Source: an uncultured Pseudomonadota bacterium (GTDB taxonomy: Bacteria > Oederibacteriota > Muellerivitia > Muellerivitales > Muellerivitaceae). From it: a stretch of 64,000 bases of DNA. The stretch is from positions 32,610 through 96,609 of the forward strand of contig CAWJKT010000013.1 of NCBI GenBank assembly GCA_963843375.1. Direction: 5' to 3'. This document shows, in pieces, positions 21,377 through 32,600 of the stretch (position 1 is the stretch's first letter; each line of letters opens with the position of its first letter). The notes under the pieces were generated by a model. It saw nothing but the letters and a program-made list of their open reading frames with translations. It ran no database searches and was not told the origin of the DNA. Both the position numbers and the translations under genes were made by a program.

Positions 21377-22618
21377 ATGAAAAACAAAGAAAAATCTTTG
21401 ACCCGTCGGGACTTTTTAAAAGCAGGTGGACTGGCCACCGCAGGACTTGCGGTTTACGCCATGCCCTCCTGGCTCCGGGCAGCCGCCCTTTCGGCTAACT
21501 CCCATGACAAAACTCTGGTAGTTCTCTTCCAGCGCGGGGCTGCCGATGGATTGAACATCGTAGTTCCTTTTGCCGATCCCCTTTATCAACATGCTCGTCC
21601 AACCATCAGTTTGAAGGAACCCGGAAAAGATGCGGGGGTTTTGGACTTGGATGGAAAGTTCGGACTCCATCCCACCTTATCCACCCTAATGCCCCTGTGG
21701 AAAAACGGGCAAATGGCTATAATCCATGCCGCCGGTTCACCGGATGGAAGCCGGTCCCATTTTGACGCCCAAGACAATATGGAGACCGGAACCCCCGGCG
21801 TCAGCACCACGCTTGACGGCTGGCTCAACCGGGCCCTGTCCACAACCCTCAAGAATGCCGACCCTTTGACCGCTGTTGCCTTAACGGCTCGACTTCCTCT
21901 GATCTTACGGGGCAACTATCCCGTTTCGGCCATGACCAGCGCCAACGGCTACGATTTCTCCATGGGCGCCCAGGAATCCGACACTATCGCAAGTCTTTAT
22001 GAGGGTTACCCGGAATCCATGGTATCCAACGCTGGTAAGGAAACTTGTGACTCGGTCAAATTAGTTCAAAGTCTGTTGAAAAACGCACCCATCTCTTTGG
22101 CATCCGCTAATTACAGCCAAAGCGAACTTGGCCACCGTTTTTCCGATCTGGCTAAACTTATCAAAGCTGGGGCTGGTGTCAAAGTGGGTTTCCTGGATGT
22201 CGGTGGGTGGGATAACCATTATGAAGAAGGGTCCATTCAAGGCTACCTTAGTTACGCCTTGAAAGATTTCGGGCAAAACATCGCCGCCTTTTTCAAGGAT
22301 TTGGATGAAAAAACAAAGGACGTGATTCTAGTGAGCATGACTGAGTTTGGCCGCACTTTGAATGAAAACGGCGCCCGTGGTACAGACCATGGTCATGGTA
22401 GCGTGATGTTTGTTATTGGAGGGCCCGTAAAAGGCGGCAAAATTTATGGCCGTTGGCCTGGCCTGGAACCTGAGAACCTATATGAGGCCCGTGATTTGCA
22501 GGTAACGACCGACTTTCGCCAGGTTCATTTGGAAGTTCTTCAAAAACACTTGAGAATAACGCATCACTCTTCCGTTTTTCCGGGTTTTAACCCCGGCTCA
22601 AATCTAGGCTTAGTTTAA
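21377..22618 (+). CDS. DUF1501 family protein, Tat-exported
   Basis: TRRDFLK, RGAADGL, RSHFDAQ, GGWDNH, TEFGRT, GTDHG. Confidence 0.93.
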   Translation: MKNKEKSLTRRDFLKAGGLATAGLAVYAMPSWLRAAALSANSHDKTLVVLFQRGAADGLNIVVPFADPLYQHARPTISLKEPGKDAGVLDLDGKFGLHPTLSTLMPLWKNGQMAIIHAAGSPDGSRSHFDAQDNMETGTPGVSTTLDGWLNRALSTTLKNADPLTAVALTARLPLILRGNYPVSAMTSANGYDFSMGAQESDTIASLYEGYPESMVSNAGKETCDSVKLVQSLLKNAPISLASANYSQSELGHRFSDLAKLIKAGAGVKVGFLDVGGWDNHYEEGSIQGYLSYALKDFGQNIAAFFKDLDEKTKDVILVSMTEFGRTLNENGARGTDHGHGSVMFVIGGPVKGGKIYGRWPGLEPENLYEARDLQVTTDFRQVHLEVLQKHLRITHHSSVFPGFNPGSNLGLV

Positions 22619-22771
22619 ACTCCTTAACCGTTATGAACCTTTTTTTATTGAATTTTAGTTCGATTTTCCACCTATTTCCCTCATTCCATGTAGGATGTAA
22701 GCATCTTTCGGGGCTACAATAGCTTGGAAGAAGTAGTTAAATTTTTAGAAAAAAGTAGAGGTTTTACGCAA

Positions 22772-22972
22772 ATGGCTCAAGGAACAGTGAAGTGGTTTAA
22801 GAACGAAAAAGGTTTTGGTTTTATCTCCCAAGATGGTGGTGAGGACGTATTCGTTCACCATTCGTCCATTCAAGGCGAGGGATACAAATCGCTGAACGAG
22901 GGGGACCGCGTTGAATTCGAGGTCACCCGCGGGGAAAAAGGCCTCAAGGCCGAAAACGTCGTCAAGATCTAA
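22772..22972 (+). CDS. cspA: Cold-shock protein (CspA family)
   Basis: GTVKWF, KGFGFI, DVFVH. Confidence 0.96.
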   Translation: MAQGTVKWFKNEKGFGFISQDGGEDVFVHHSSIQGEGYKSLNEGDRVEFEVTRGEKGLKAENVVKI

Positions 22973-22992
22973 CAAGGTCTTTTCGAAACCCA

Positions 22993-23029
22993 AAGCCCCG
23001 GAGGCGAAAGCCCCCGGGGCTTTTTTTTT
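22993..23029 (+). terminator. Rho-independent terminator
   Basis: AAAGCCCCGGAGGC-GAAA-GCCCCCGGGGC followed by T9. Confidence 0.9.
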
Positions 23030-23317
23030 GAGAACTCCTTTATAAAAAAGATTGTCGTTGATTAATGAATGCTTACTTTTGAAATGAAAATTAATCGCAA
23101 AACCATCCGCCAAATAAAAGGATTTAAATCTGCCGGGATTGAGGAGACAGCTAAAACGAGACCAACCGACAAATAATTATTTATTTTCATTACTGAAGAA
23201 AACGCGACAGATGAAGAAGCTCATGCCAGGGAAATGAAGTTAGCAAGACCGTCCCAGTCCAAACATCCAGAAATTGGGTACAATCAAGAGCCAAAGTTTA
23301 CGAAACAGGATTACTCT

Positions 23318-23830
23318 TCAACTCTTTTCGTACAAACTGACCTTGAATCCGCTGGGGAGTTCCTTAAAGCCGACATTATTGAATTGAAGGTCTTTGTAAT
23401 AGTGGTTGATTCGTGGATTCTCCGCCATGCAATCCAAACGTATGATTTTTCCTTTACTTCGGATATAGTCCACAGCCCAATTGAGTATTTCCTTCCCGAC
23501 GCCCTTATGGCCAAACTCAGGGAGAATAGCCAGGCCGTGCATATAACCCGCCTTTCCATCCTTGCCCTTCTCATCCCAACTGATCGGATCCTCCCAAAGG
23601 ATGGAAATCGTGCCCACCGCCTGAGCACCCTTAAGGACTAGGTAGACTTCTCCTTGGTAAACCCGTTTATAAACCATATCCTCACCCGGTGCCATCAAGA
23701 TACCAGCCCATTGATGAATGCCTTTATTTTCCAACCAGCGGGCGGCCTCTTGTTTGATATGGATGACGGTGGATTTGTCTTCCTCTTCCACCTTACGAAT
23801 TGTCAAATCCCCAATAATGCTTTTAATCAT
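23318..23830 (-). CDS. GNAT acetyltransferase
   Basis: YMHGLAI...GHKGVG, IRLDC...N...YY. Confidence 0.88.
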   Translation of the reverse strand: MIKSIIGDLTIRKVEEEDKSTVIHIKQEAARWLENKGIHQWAGILMAPGEDMVYKRVYQGEVYLVLKGAQAVGTISILWEDPISWDEKGKDGKAGYMHGLAILPEFGHKGVGKEILNWAVDYIRSKGKIIRLDCMAENPRINHYYKDLQFNNVGFKELPSGFKVSLYEKS

Positions 23831-23838
23831 GGCGAGCC

Positions 23839-24351
23839 TTACTTTGTCATAGCCGAAAGGGCCATGTTGGTACGACGTAATCGGTTGGATATGGAGCTAA
23901 TCAGGGTACGGAAGATACCATAAGCGGCTTTTGGGTTTTGCTGAAGAAAGTTTTGGAAATCGAAACCTCGGATGATGTAGACATCGCAATCCTCCAAGGC
24001 CCGCACCGAGGCCGAATAAGGGGCCCCGTCAAATACGCTCATTTCACCGAAGACTGAACCTTTTTGAAGCTTGGCCAATTGTTTGCCTTTGGCTCTCCCC
24101 CTAATGGTTTTCACTACTTCCGCTTTACCATTGATGAGGATATGAAGATTTCCACCTTGTTGCCCTTCCCGGATGACGAGATCTCCTCTTCGAAAGTTTT
24201 GAACCAAACCCAGTTTAAAAATTTGGTTGTGGACTTTGTTGTCCATCCCCTCGAAAAGATCGACTTCTTTTAAAAAATCGGAAACTTTAGCGTTCTTTTG
24301 GATCGTCATCAAATCCTCCCAGGATGGATAAGAAAAAGGGTTCTCATTCAA
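23839..24351 (-). CDS. Stand-alone cyclic-nucleotide-binding protein
   Basis: IREG, G..FGEMSVFDGAPYSASVRA; no HTH. Confidence 0.88.
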   Translation of the reverse strand: MNENPFSYPSWEDLMTIQKNAKVSDFLKEVDLFEGMDNKVHNQIFKLGLVQNFRRGDLVIREGQQGGNLHILINGKAEVVKTIRGRAKGKQLAKLQKGSVFGEMSVFDGAPYSASVRALEDCDVYIIRGFDFQNFLQQNPKAAYGIFRTLISSISNRLRRTNMALSAMTK

Positions 24352-24483
24352 TTAGACTTGGAACCATAACCATCATAACGCCTGGAGGTTAACGGATAAA
24401 AAGAAAATATAGCGCTATTGATAAAGGTTAAGACGTTTTTAGGAGAAAAAACCAGTTTAACCCAGGTCTATAGAATTTATGAC

Positions 24484-27400
24484 TTAGTGGAGGATGACGA
24501 GTTTGATTGTTTTTTGATCAGCGACTCCGCCCGCCGGGTTCAGGGAGTCGACTACCGCGATATAGAGGCCGCTGGCCAGTCCTGTGGCGTCCAGAACGCC
24601 TCATTCGTTCCCGGCGAACCATTCACTACCTTTACCAACTCTCCCGCCGTCGTGTAAATACGCACCGACAACGTCAGGGTCTCCGCCGTCGTGTCCTCAA
24701 AGGTCGTGGAAAAATCCGTTCGCGCTAGTCAATATATTCGGTTTCGCCAGCACCGTCCCAATGCCGGTGTTCAGGTTCCCATCCAACACCGATATCCTCT
24801 GGTCAATAACCGAATCTCCACCCTCGCCGTCCACCGAGTGAATCTCCACGAAATACTGTCCGCTTTGCACAATACTCCCGGTGTCGTTCTGCCCGTTCCA
24901 TACCACTGTCGTACCGTTGCTTAAGCTGATCGTAACCTGCGATGGCGTTCCCCCTCCCGACACCCCATTGCTGGGCTCTATCACGCCGGTGGACAATTGC
25001 GCGCTTGTCACGATCGATGCACCCGGGTTGTCCGTATAAGCATAAAGGTGGCGCACCACCTCCCCGGCCGCGTTATAAATCAGCACCGTCGTCGCATAAA
25101 GCTCCCGGCTCACCATCGCCTGGACCGTCGTCGACTCCACCACACCATTGGAATCGATGTTGTCGATCTTGATGTAATAGCTTCCATTCGTCACCAAAGA
25201 CCCGTTACTCGTCGTTCCGTTCCAGGTTCCAAGCAAGTAGCCCTCATAGTAAATATTAATGCTGCTGCCGGGCCCGCTGAGGGTCGTAATGACATTACTC
25301 GCCTGTAAAGTCACGTTCAAAATCGGCTGGGAATACTGGACCACCGGGAATTCCATCACGATCTCCCCTGCCTCGTTGTAAACCCCGATCTTCACCGTGT
25401 ACTGTCCGACCACTGGAATACTCACACAACTGGATACCGGAGCGCCGCCCGTGAAGCTTAATTGGGCGCAATTGGTCAGTGTCGTCCCGCCGTTAATGAA
25501 ATTGTTCACCTGGGCTGAATAGGTGATCTGGTAACTTCCAGCCGCCAGGTTATTCGGAAGGGTCCAGACCAGTTGGGTGGCCGACGCGCTGGCGCTCATC
25601 ACCGGAGTCGTTCCAGCGGGGCTGGTAAGAAACTCTTGGAAAGTCTCGTTAGGCGGCAACACATCGGTGACCGCGACATTGTTCACATTGTTCCCCGTCA
25701 CTGCGATCGTCAGACTATAGGTGATCATATCCCCCGATTTCGCGCTGGATTCGGAAGCTTGCTTACTGATGCTCACCGACGAGGGCAGCGGCGTGTTGGT
25801 TGCTGTATTTGTCGGGGTAATAGTCGGGGTATTCGTGAGTGTATTGGTCGCTGTATTGGTAACGCTATTCGTGGGTGTAGCCGTGGCGGTAAAGGTTTCC
25901 GTGTTAGTGGGTGTGTTGGTAGCCGTAAAAGTATTGATCGGCGTATTCGTGGGTGTTGCGGTGGCCGTATTCGTCAGCGTATTGGTCTGGGTCGGTGTTG
26001 GGGTATTCGTCGGAGTATTGGTTGGGGTAAATGTATTTATAGGAGTATTGGTCACAGTATTAGTCGTTGTATTCGTGGGAGTATTGGTTGGTGTAAAGGT
26101 ATTAATGGGCGTATTCGTGGGAGTGGTCGTTGGGGTGTTGGTCGGTGTATTCGTTAACGTTGAAGTGGGAGTCAGACTATCGGTATTCGTAGGGGTATTC
26201 GTCGCGGTGGGAGTGATCACGTTTGTATTGGTGGGGGTCAAAGTTATTGTTGGGGTTGCGGTATTAGTCGGTGTATTCGTCGCCGTATTGGTAAGGGTCG
26301 CCGTTGGGGTATTAGTAACCGTATTAGTGGAAGTCGCGGTGGGTGTATTAGTAAGAGTGTTGGTGGAAGTCGCCGTAGCGGTGGCCGTTGGGGTATTGGT
26401 AGCGGTCCGTGTAGGGGTTGCAGTGTCGGTGCTGGTGGCGGTGTTCGTGGGTGTGGATGTTGGTGTTGAGCTATCGGTAATTGTAGGTGTACTTGTCGCA
26501 GTGGGAGTAATCACATTTGTATTCGTGGGGGTCATAGTTATCGTTGGGGTTGCGGTATTAGTCGTCGTATTGGTTGGAGTGTAAGTAAATGTTTTAGTCG
26601 GGGTATTCGTGAAAGTATTGCTTGGCGTGGGGGTCGGGGAATTGGTGGGGGTAATAGTTGGGGTTAATGTCGGAGTATTCGTAAGCGTATTGGTAGGGGT
26701 AGCCGTATTCGTTTTCGTAGGTGTATTAGTCAGGGTAAGTGTGGGAGTAGATGTATTTGTGTTGGTCGGGGAATTGGTGGGGGTAAGGGTCGGAGTAAGT
26801 GTATCCGTATTAGTGAGTGTATTGGTGACGGTCTTCGTCGGGGTATTGGTGAAGGTATTGCTTGGAGTGGGAGTCAGGGTATTAGTGGGACTGTTGGTCG
26901 GCGTGGCTGTGTTCGTATTGGTCAGGGTATTAGTGGGAGTATTGGTATTCGTCTTTGTCGGAGTATTAGTGAAAGTATTGCTGGGAGTCGGGGTGAGAGT
27001 ATTCGTGGGGGTGAGAGTGGGAGTATAGGTTGGCGTGATCGTAGGGGTATTCGTGGGGGTAAAAGTCGGAGTTTTAGTCGGGGTATTAGTGAAGGTCTCT
27101 GTAATCGTGGGGGTTGGGGTGTTGGTCGCCGTATTCGTCGGGGTATGCGAGGGCGTAGGCGTGGGGGTATTGCAGAGTAACACCGCCGTCACGGCATTGG
27201 ATGTGACCGCCGCATCCCCGGTGGCTGTAATGGCCGCCTGATTGATGTAAGTTACCGAACTTGCGCCTCCGCAGGTCACCGATCCCCACCAAGTGATGGC
27301 CCCCGACAAGTTATAAACCGTTGCGGGGAAATTCCAGGACAAGTTGGGGCCCGAACCGGGACAAGCTATCGCCGTTGTAACCCCGGAATTGGCCGTGCTG

Positions 27401-29322
27401 CAACCCACATAAGTCATTCCTGTCGGCACAACATCGGTCAATTGCGTATTCACCACCGCGTCGTCCGTGAAAAGCATCAAGTTCCCATAATTATCCTGAG
27501 CCGAGGTAGAGTCTAACTGCCATCCCTGCTCCCATAGCCCACCCGGACAGGTCAAATCCGAGGACGGGAGACTACACGATGTGCTTTGAACCAGGGTATT
27601 GGTTCCCTTCAGGTACAAGTCCATGGTGATGTTGTAGCCAGCGCCGGTTTCCTGCACCGTGGCGACCATGGTGTACCATTGGCCGGCTACCGGCGCGGTT
27701 CCGGTTTTGGTGACGCAGGGCCAACTCGCCCCGGCGGCTCCGTTATTAACTTGCAGGAAAATATAACCCGGGTTGGGATCCAGCGACATCCCGGCCATAA
27801 GGGCATAGGTCACCCCTCCGCTCACCTGGTAGGCAAGCACCATAGTGGCGTCCCCTCCCGCACTTGAACCAGCGGCTCCCGACGCTCCCGCCGGAATTTC
27901 CATGTCCCCTTCCACCGTGAAGGCCGTGCCAGAGCACAAGCTCACGCCCCCACTGTTGCGGATCAGCAGGGGAAAATCTGTTCCGGTTGTACTATAACAA
28001 GCCGTAGGCATATTCCCGCCAAGGTAGTTATTCCCGTCCGGCCCTTGAACCACCGTGTAACCGGCTCCAGTGGCATCAGCGGAACAATTACAGCCACCAG
28101 AACCACACGCTTCAAACGTATAGCCCGCTCCGCCCATTCCCTCAATGCTGCCATCCGAGGTGTTGGCCGAATCATTGTCGTAAGAATCGTACCATTGCAG
28201 GCTTTCCCCATTGATGTTGTAGGTGAGGGTATAGGTCTCATCTTGTCCTGGAGCCAAAACCGCCGAGGACTGGGCCTTAAGAAGCTGGAATCCCCCTCCA
28301 TTCACCGTGGCCTTGGCTGTATTGGTGGAGGAGGAGGTGCCCCCAGCCGGGTTGACAGTCGCTTGGTTGGAGATGACAGTGCCGTTGGCCGTTCCGGCGT
28401 TCACTTGCACCAGCATCCAAACCTGGCCCGTTTGATTTTTTCCGTTGCCGGGAATTGTCCAGACCACGGGGCCCGCCCCTGACGCATACTCCGAGGGGCC
28501 GTCCGACACCAGAGTCGTATTCGCCGGAATCGGGTCGCTGATGGTGTTGTTGCCTGTCGTGGCATCGAAATCGTAATTGATCGAGAAAAGAATATAATCG
28601 CCGGGCGCTGCGCTGGCGCCGTCGGCAATGTTCCCGTTCACCGTCTTAACTGCCGTTCCAGTGGGTGTGCTGGAATTGGGGATCGTGACGCAAGCTTCTT
28701 CCGTTACACCTGCGGTGCTGCAATTCAACACATTGGCCGCTTCCACGGCCGTGAAACAGTAAGTCACCCCATAGGTATCGGCCGGCAATTCATAGTAATA
28801 GTCCTGTGTGATGGTCAAACACTGGCTTGTGCCAGTCCATGCCGGGGTGGCTCCCGGCGTCGGAGTCGCCAATTCGGGGATTGATACCCCCGCTTGACCC
28901 CCATCACTATCCCAGGGAATCGTATCACTCCCATTTTGATTGACCCCGTTTACGTCCGCCAAAAAGTATTGCCCTGCGGTCGCGATATTGCAGCTTTCAA
29001 TGGATGCCGCACCGCTATTGTTGACGGCCAACATCAAAGAAGTGTATTCATAAAAATCCGAATTGCAGTAACTGACGGCGATCGTAACCGTTTGGCCCGG
29101 AACCGGATTAGGGGGGGTAATGGTTAGGGATATCGGGGTAACAACATCCTGGGCTGACGCGAAAGAAACAAAAAGCATCCACAAAATCACCCCAAAAGCC
29201 ACTCGGCATCTGCCCAATAAACTAAGCCACGAGGAGATGACCCGGGTTGGAAGAGCTCGGGTTACGCATGTAAAAGGCAGCTTGATTTGTTTGGTTTTAA
29301 AGAAAGGGGTTTCAAATATCAA
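24484..29322 (-). CDS. Giant exported protein: DUF11 domains, Thr-Pro stalk, three FlgD-Ig-like C-terminal repeats (two indels near 3' end)
   Basis: 1541-aa ORF. Manual reading past indels at about 24712 and 24590 gives ...[12 protein letters not shown]...[15 protein letters not shown]...KTIKLVILH* ending at 24484. Confidence 0.85.
25790..27170 (-). repeat. (Thr-X)n low-complexity stalk
   Basis: About 460 aa of TPTNT-type repeats. Confidence 0.9.
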
Positions 29323-29399
29323 TTCACTTGCCGTAACTTTCCAGGTCTTAATTCGTTCATTACCTTCAAAATAATGGCCGCATTTTATGGTTAAAATTC

Positions 29400-29416
29400 T
29401 GCAATTTCTATGCCCC
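29400..29416 (-). promoter_or_regulatory. Sigma-54 (-24/-12) promoter
   Basis: Minus strand GGGGCATAGAAATTGCA matches GG-N10-GC. Confidence 0.7.
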
Positions 29417-29684
29417 TTTTACAGTGCACTATGTTTTTATGATGTTATAAACATCTGAGTTTCACGGAAAACAAAAACAGGCGAATATTGTAATCTTTTC
29501 GGAAGGATAATTCGTTTGGAATCTTACAGTTTTTGGAAAAAATACGACAATTCGCGCGGAAAGTACTTCAGGAAGATGTTTTTGATGAAATCTTGCATTT
29601 CTAAATGATACCAACAGCCATTAGAACTCATTTGACAAAAAAAAGATGGATTATAAGGTCAAATTTAAGACTGGGTAGGGATGG

Positions 29685-32600
29685 TTAATGAATAACCAAA
29701 ACCTTTAGGATTTTCACTGTCGGTTGAATTCCACTAACGCGAATACGAATGTAATATAGCCCATCGGCTACAGGATTTCCCCAATTGTCTTTCAAATCCC
29801 ATCCAAGAGAGGTTTGTCCATTTATTTGAACCGGCGGTTGGCTCACGATCTTACGGAAGGCCGCAGTGAATACGTCGAAATTAACTGTCGAGGGTCCTGG
29901 AACATTGACGGAAACGGAGATCGGGGCTGTCCCAGTGGCAGGATTGGGGAAAGGTAGTCCAATGACAGTCGTCAAAATGGATGTCGATGTAACCGTTGGA
30001 GTTGCTGTAATTGAAGCATTGGGAGTGGCGGAAGCGGTGGAGGTTGGATTTCCAATAGTCACGGTAGCCCCAGTTACCGGCAATCCCGAGAAACCAACCG
30101 GCTGGCTGTTGTTCCCCACCCCACCCGTCACGCTGAACTGGTAGTTTCCTGTGGGTGCGCTTCCGGAAAAGTTTGCGACTACTTCGTAAGTTACCTCTCC
30201 GCCACTCGCGGGAATGGTTCCGTTAAAATTAAAGATTGCGGTGGATCCGCTAAAACTGGCGGTGGCAATAGTCACTCCGCCCTGTACAAGGGATACGGAG
30301 GTAATTCCCGATGGGGCGGCTCCCGACTCGGTAAGGGTCAATTGGGTCATAGTAACGGCGTTATTTCCAGGATTTGTCAATTGAATCTGCAGGACAGCAA
30401 CATTAGAAGCGCCTGGCACTTGGCTTGAATTGGAAGGCGCCCCAGTCCCTGGCGTAGCCTGAACAACCACTTCCGTGGGCGTAACGGTTAAGGTAAGCGT
30501 GGCAGTGGCGGTATTGGCCATGGTATTGGTGATCGTTTCCGTTGCCGTAAATGTCGGAGTTCCGGTTGGAGTTAAAGTAACGGTATTGGTAGGAGTGCTG
30601 GAATAGGTTGGCGTAATCACATTCGTATTCGTAGGCGTCAAGGTGATTGTGGATGTAGCAGTATTCGTAACCGTATTCGAAGGAGTAGGTGTTTGAGTCA
30701 TAGTGGCTGTGGAGGTAGAAGTATTTGCCGCTGTTGTATTGGTGGGTGTTCCGGTAGCGGTCGGCGTGATCACATTCGTATTCGTGGGAGTTAATGTAAT
30801 TGTGGCTGTTGCTGTATTCGTAACCGTATTTGTCGTTGTCAACGTAGGACTGTTCGTAGTTGTGCTGGTGGGCGTAGAGGTTTTAGTTAAAGTGGTTGTA
30901 TTGGTGGGCGTACCGGTGTAGGTCGGAGTAATCACATTGGTGTTCGTGGGCGTGGAGGTGATGGTGGGCGTACCCGTGTTTGTAACCGTAGTTGTCGGAG
31001 TCAGGGTGGTGGTCAAAGTGGCGGTAGAAGTGAGCGAAGATGTTGGACTGCTCGTAGTTGTGTTGGTGGGCGTAGAGGACTTGGTTGAAGTGGTGGTGTT
31101 GGTAGGAGTACCGGTGTAGGTCGGAGTAATCAAATTGGTGTTTGTGGGTGTAGATGAAATGGTAGGTGTAGCTGTATTCGTTGAAGTTTGGGTTGTGGTT
31201 AAGGTGACAGTAGATGTGGCACTGTTGGTTGGCGTATTAGTCTTGGTCAGGGTAGCGGTCGAGGTCGGGGTGGAGGTGGAAGTATTCACTACCGTATTAG
31301 TTATCGTCGGTGTTGGACTATTAGTAGTGGTTTTGGTTGGTGTGGAGGTGTTGGTTGAAGAGGGCGTATTAGTTGGGGTACCGGTATAGGTCGGGGTAAT
31401 CACATTGGTGTTCGTAGGCGTTGATGTGATGGTGAATGTAGCTGAATTCGTGCCCGTATTCGTTGGAGTCTGGGTAGTCGTCAAGGTGAGCGTAGAAGTT
31501 GGTGTATTGGTTGGTGTGTTTGTCTTTGTCAGAGTAGGGGTCGAGGTGGGCGTGAATGTCGAAGTATTTGCCGGAGTATTGGTGGGAGTTGCACTGGCTG
31601 TCAGGGTGGCCGTATTAGTGGGACTGTTAGTCTTGGTTGCCGTAGTCGTGGATGTTGCCGTGCTCGTGGGGGTAGAGGTGGAAGTGCTGGCAGGCGTGTT
31701 TGTATAAGTCCCACTGGCAGTGGCTGTTGTCGTATTAGTCCGAGTGGCGGTAGGAGTGCTGGTTAGGGTGGATGTCGTGGTTGAAGTTAATGTAGAAGTT
31801 AACGTATTCGTCATCGTATTCGTGGGTGAGGATGTTGGAGTGCTGGCAGAGGTATTGGTTCGGGTTGCCGTTGGGGTTGAACTCGCCGTCATCGTCATCG
31901 TATTCGTTACAGTGTTGGTGGCCGTAGAAGTGAAGGTTTTGGTCGGGGTACTAGAAGCAGTACTTGTACCGGTATTGGTGGCAGTGGGGGGACAAGTTCC
32001 ATAAAAACCAATATTATCTACATAGATTGTCGCTGTCACACCCGATGTGGAGGTCAACCACTCAAAGTCAATTTCACCAATATCTGTCGAGCTAAAAGTT
32101 GTAGCCCCTGAGCCGCCTGTGGTGAAATCCGAAACAGGAAGATCAACCGTCTGCCAGCCCGTACCCGTAATTGTCACCATCGCGGCTTTTGACTGAGTTT
32201 GCCCTGTGGTTCCGGCACCGTTGTAATCAGAAAGGAACACTTCAATTGTCATGGGCGAGGCCGCTGAGGTCGTATTGTCGATCTCAAATTGTAAAGTCGA
32301 TTCATTGGCCAAATTGACTTCTTTGGCTGTACCATAATCCGCCCAATTCCATTCCACCTCGCCATACGAGGCCGAAGGAGCAGCCAAAGCGATATTCATT
32401 CCGTTGGTGTCCCCGGTATAGGCCGCTCCCGCCGTTTCAGTCAAAGTCGCATTGCCCTCATATGGAATCGCCCCCGAAGCCAAATTCGTCGGAGCCGTTC
32501 CGTTATAGTAGAGGGTTTCGCAGCCCGAGATTGGCGTCGGGGTACCTGTAGGAGTTGAGGTCTCAGTGCGTGTGGGAGTGCTAGTCGGAGTCCCCGGAAT

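Noticed and set aside
23234..23641. 135-aa plus-strand ORF
   Set aside because: Antisense to the GNAT gene; no family features.
25790..31990. Possible CRISPR array or DNA tandem repeat
   Set aside because: No identical repeat-spacer units; periodicity is at the codon level.
25573..32004. Val-rich plus-strand ORFs
   Set aside because: Antisense shadows of Thr-rich codons in the stalks.
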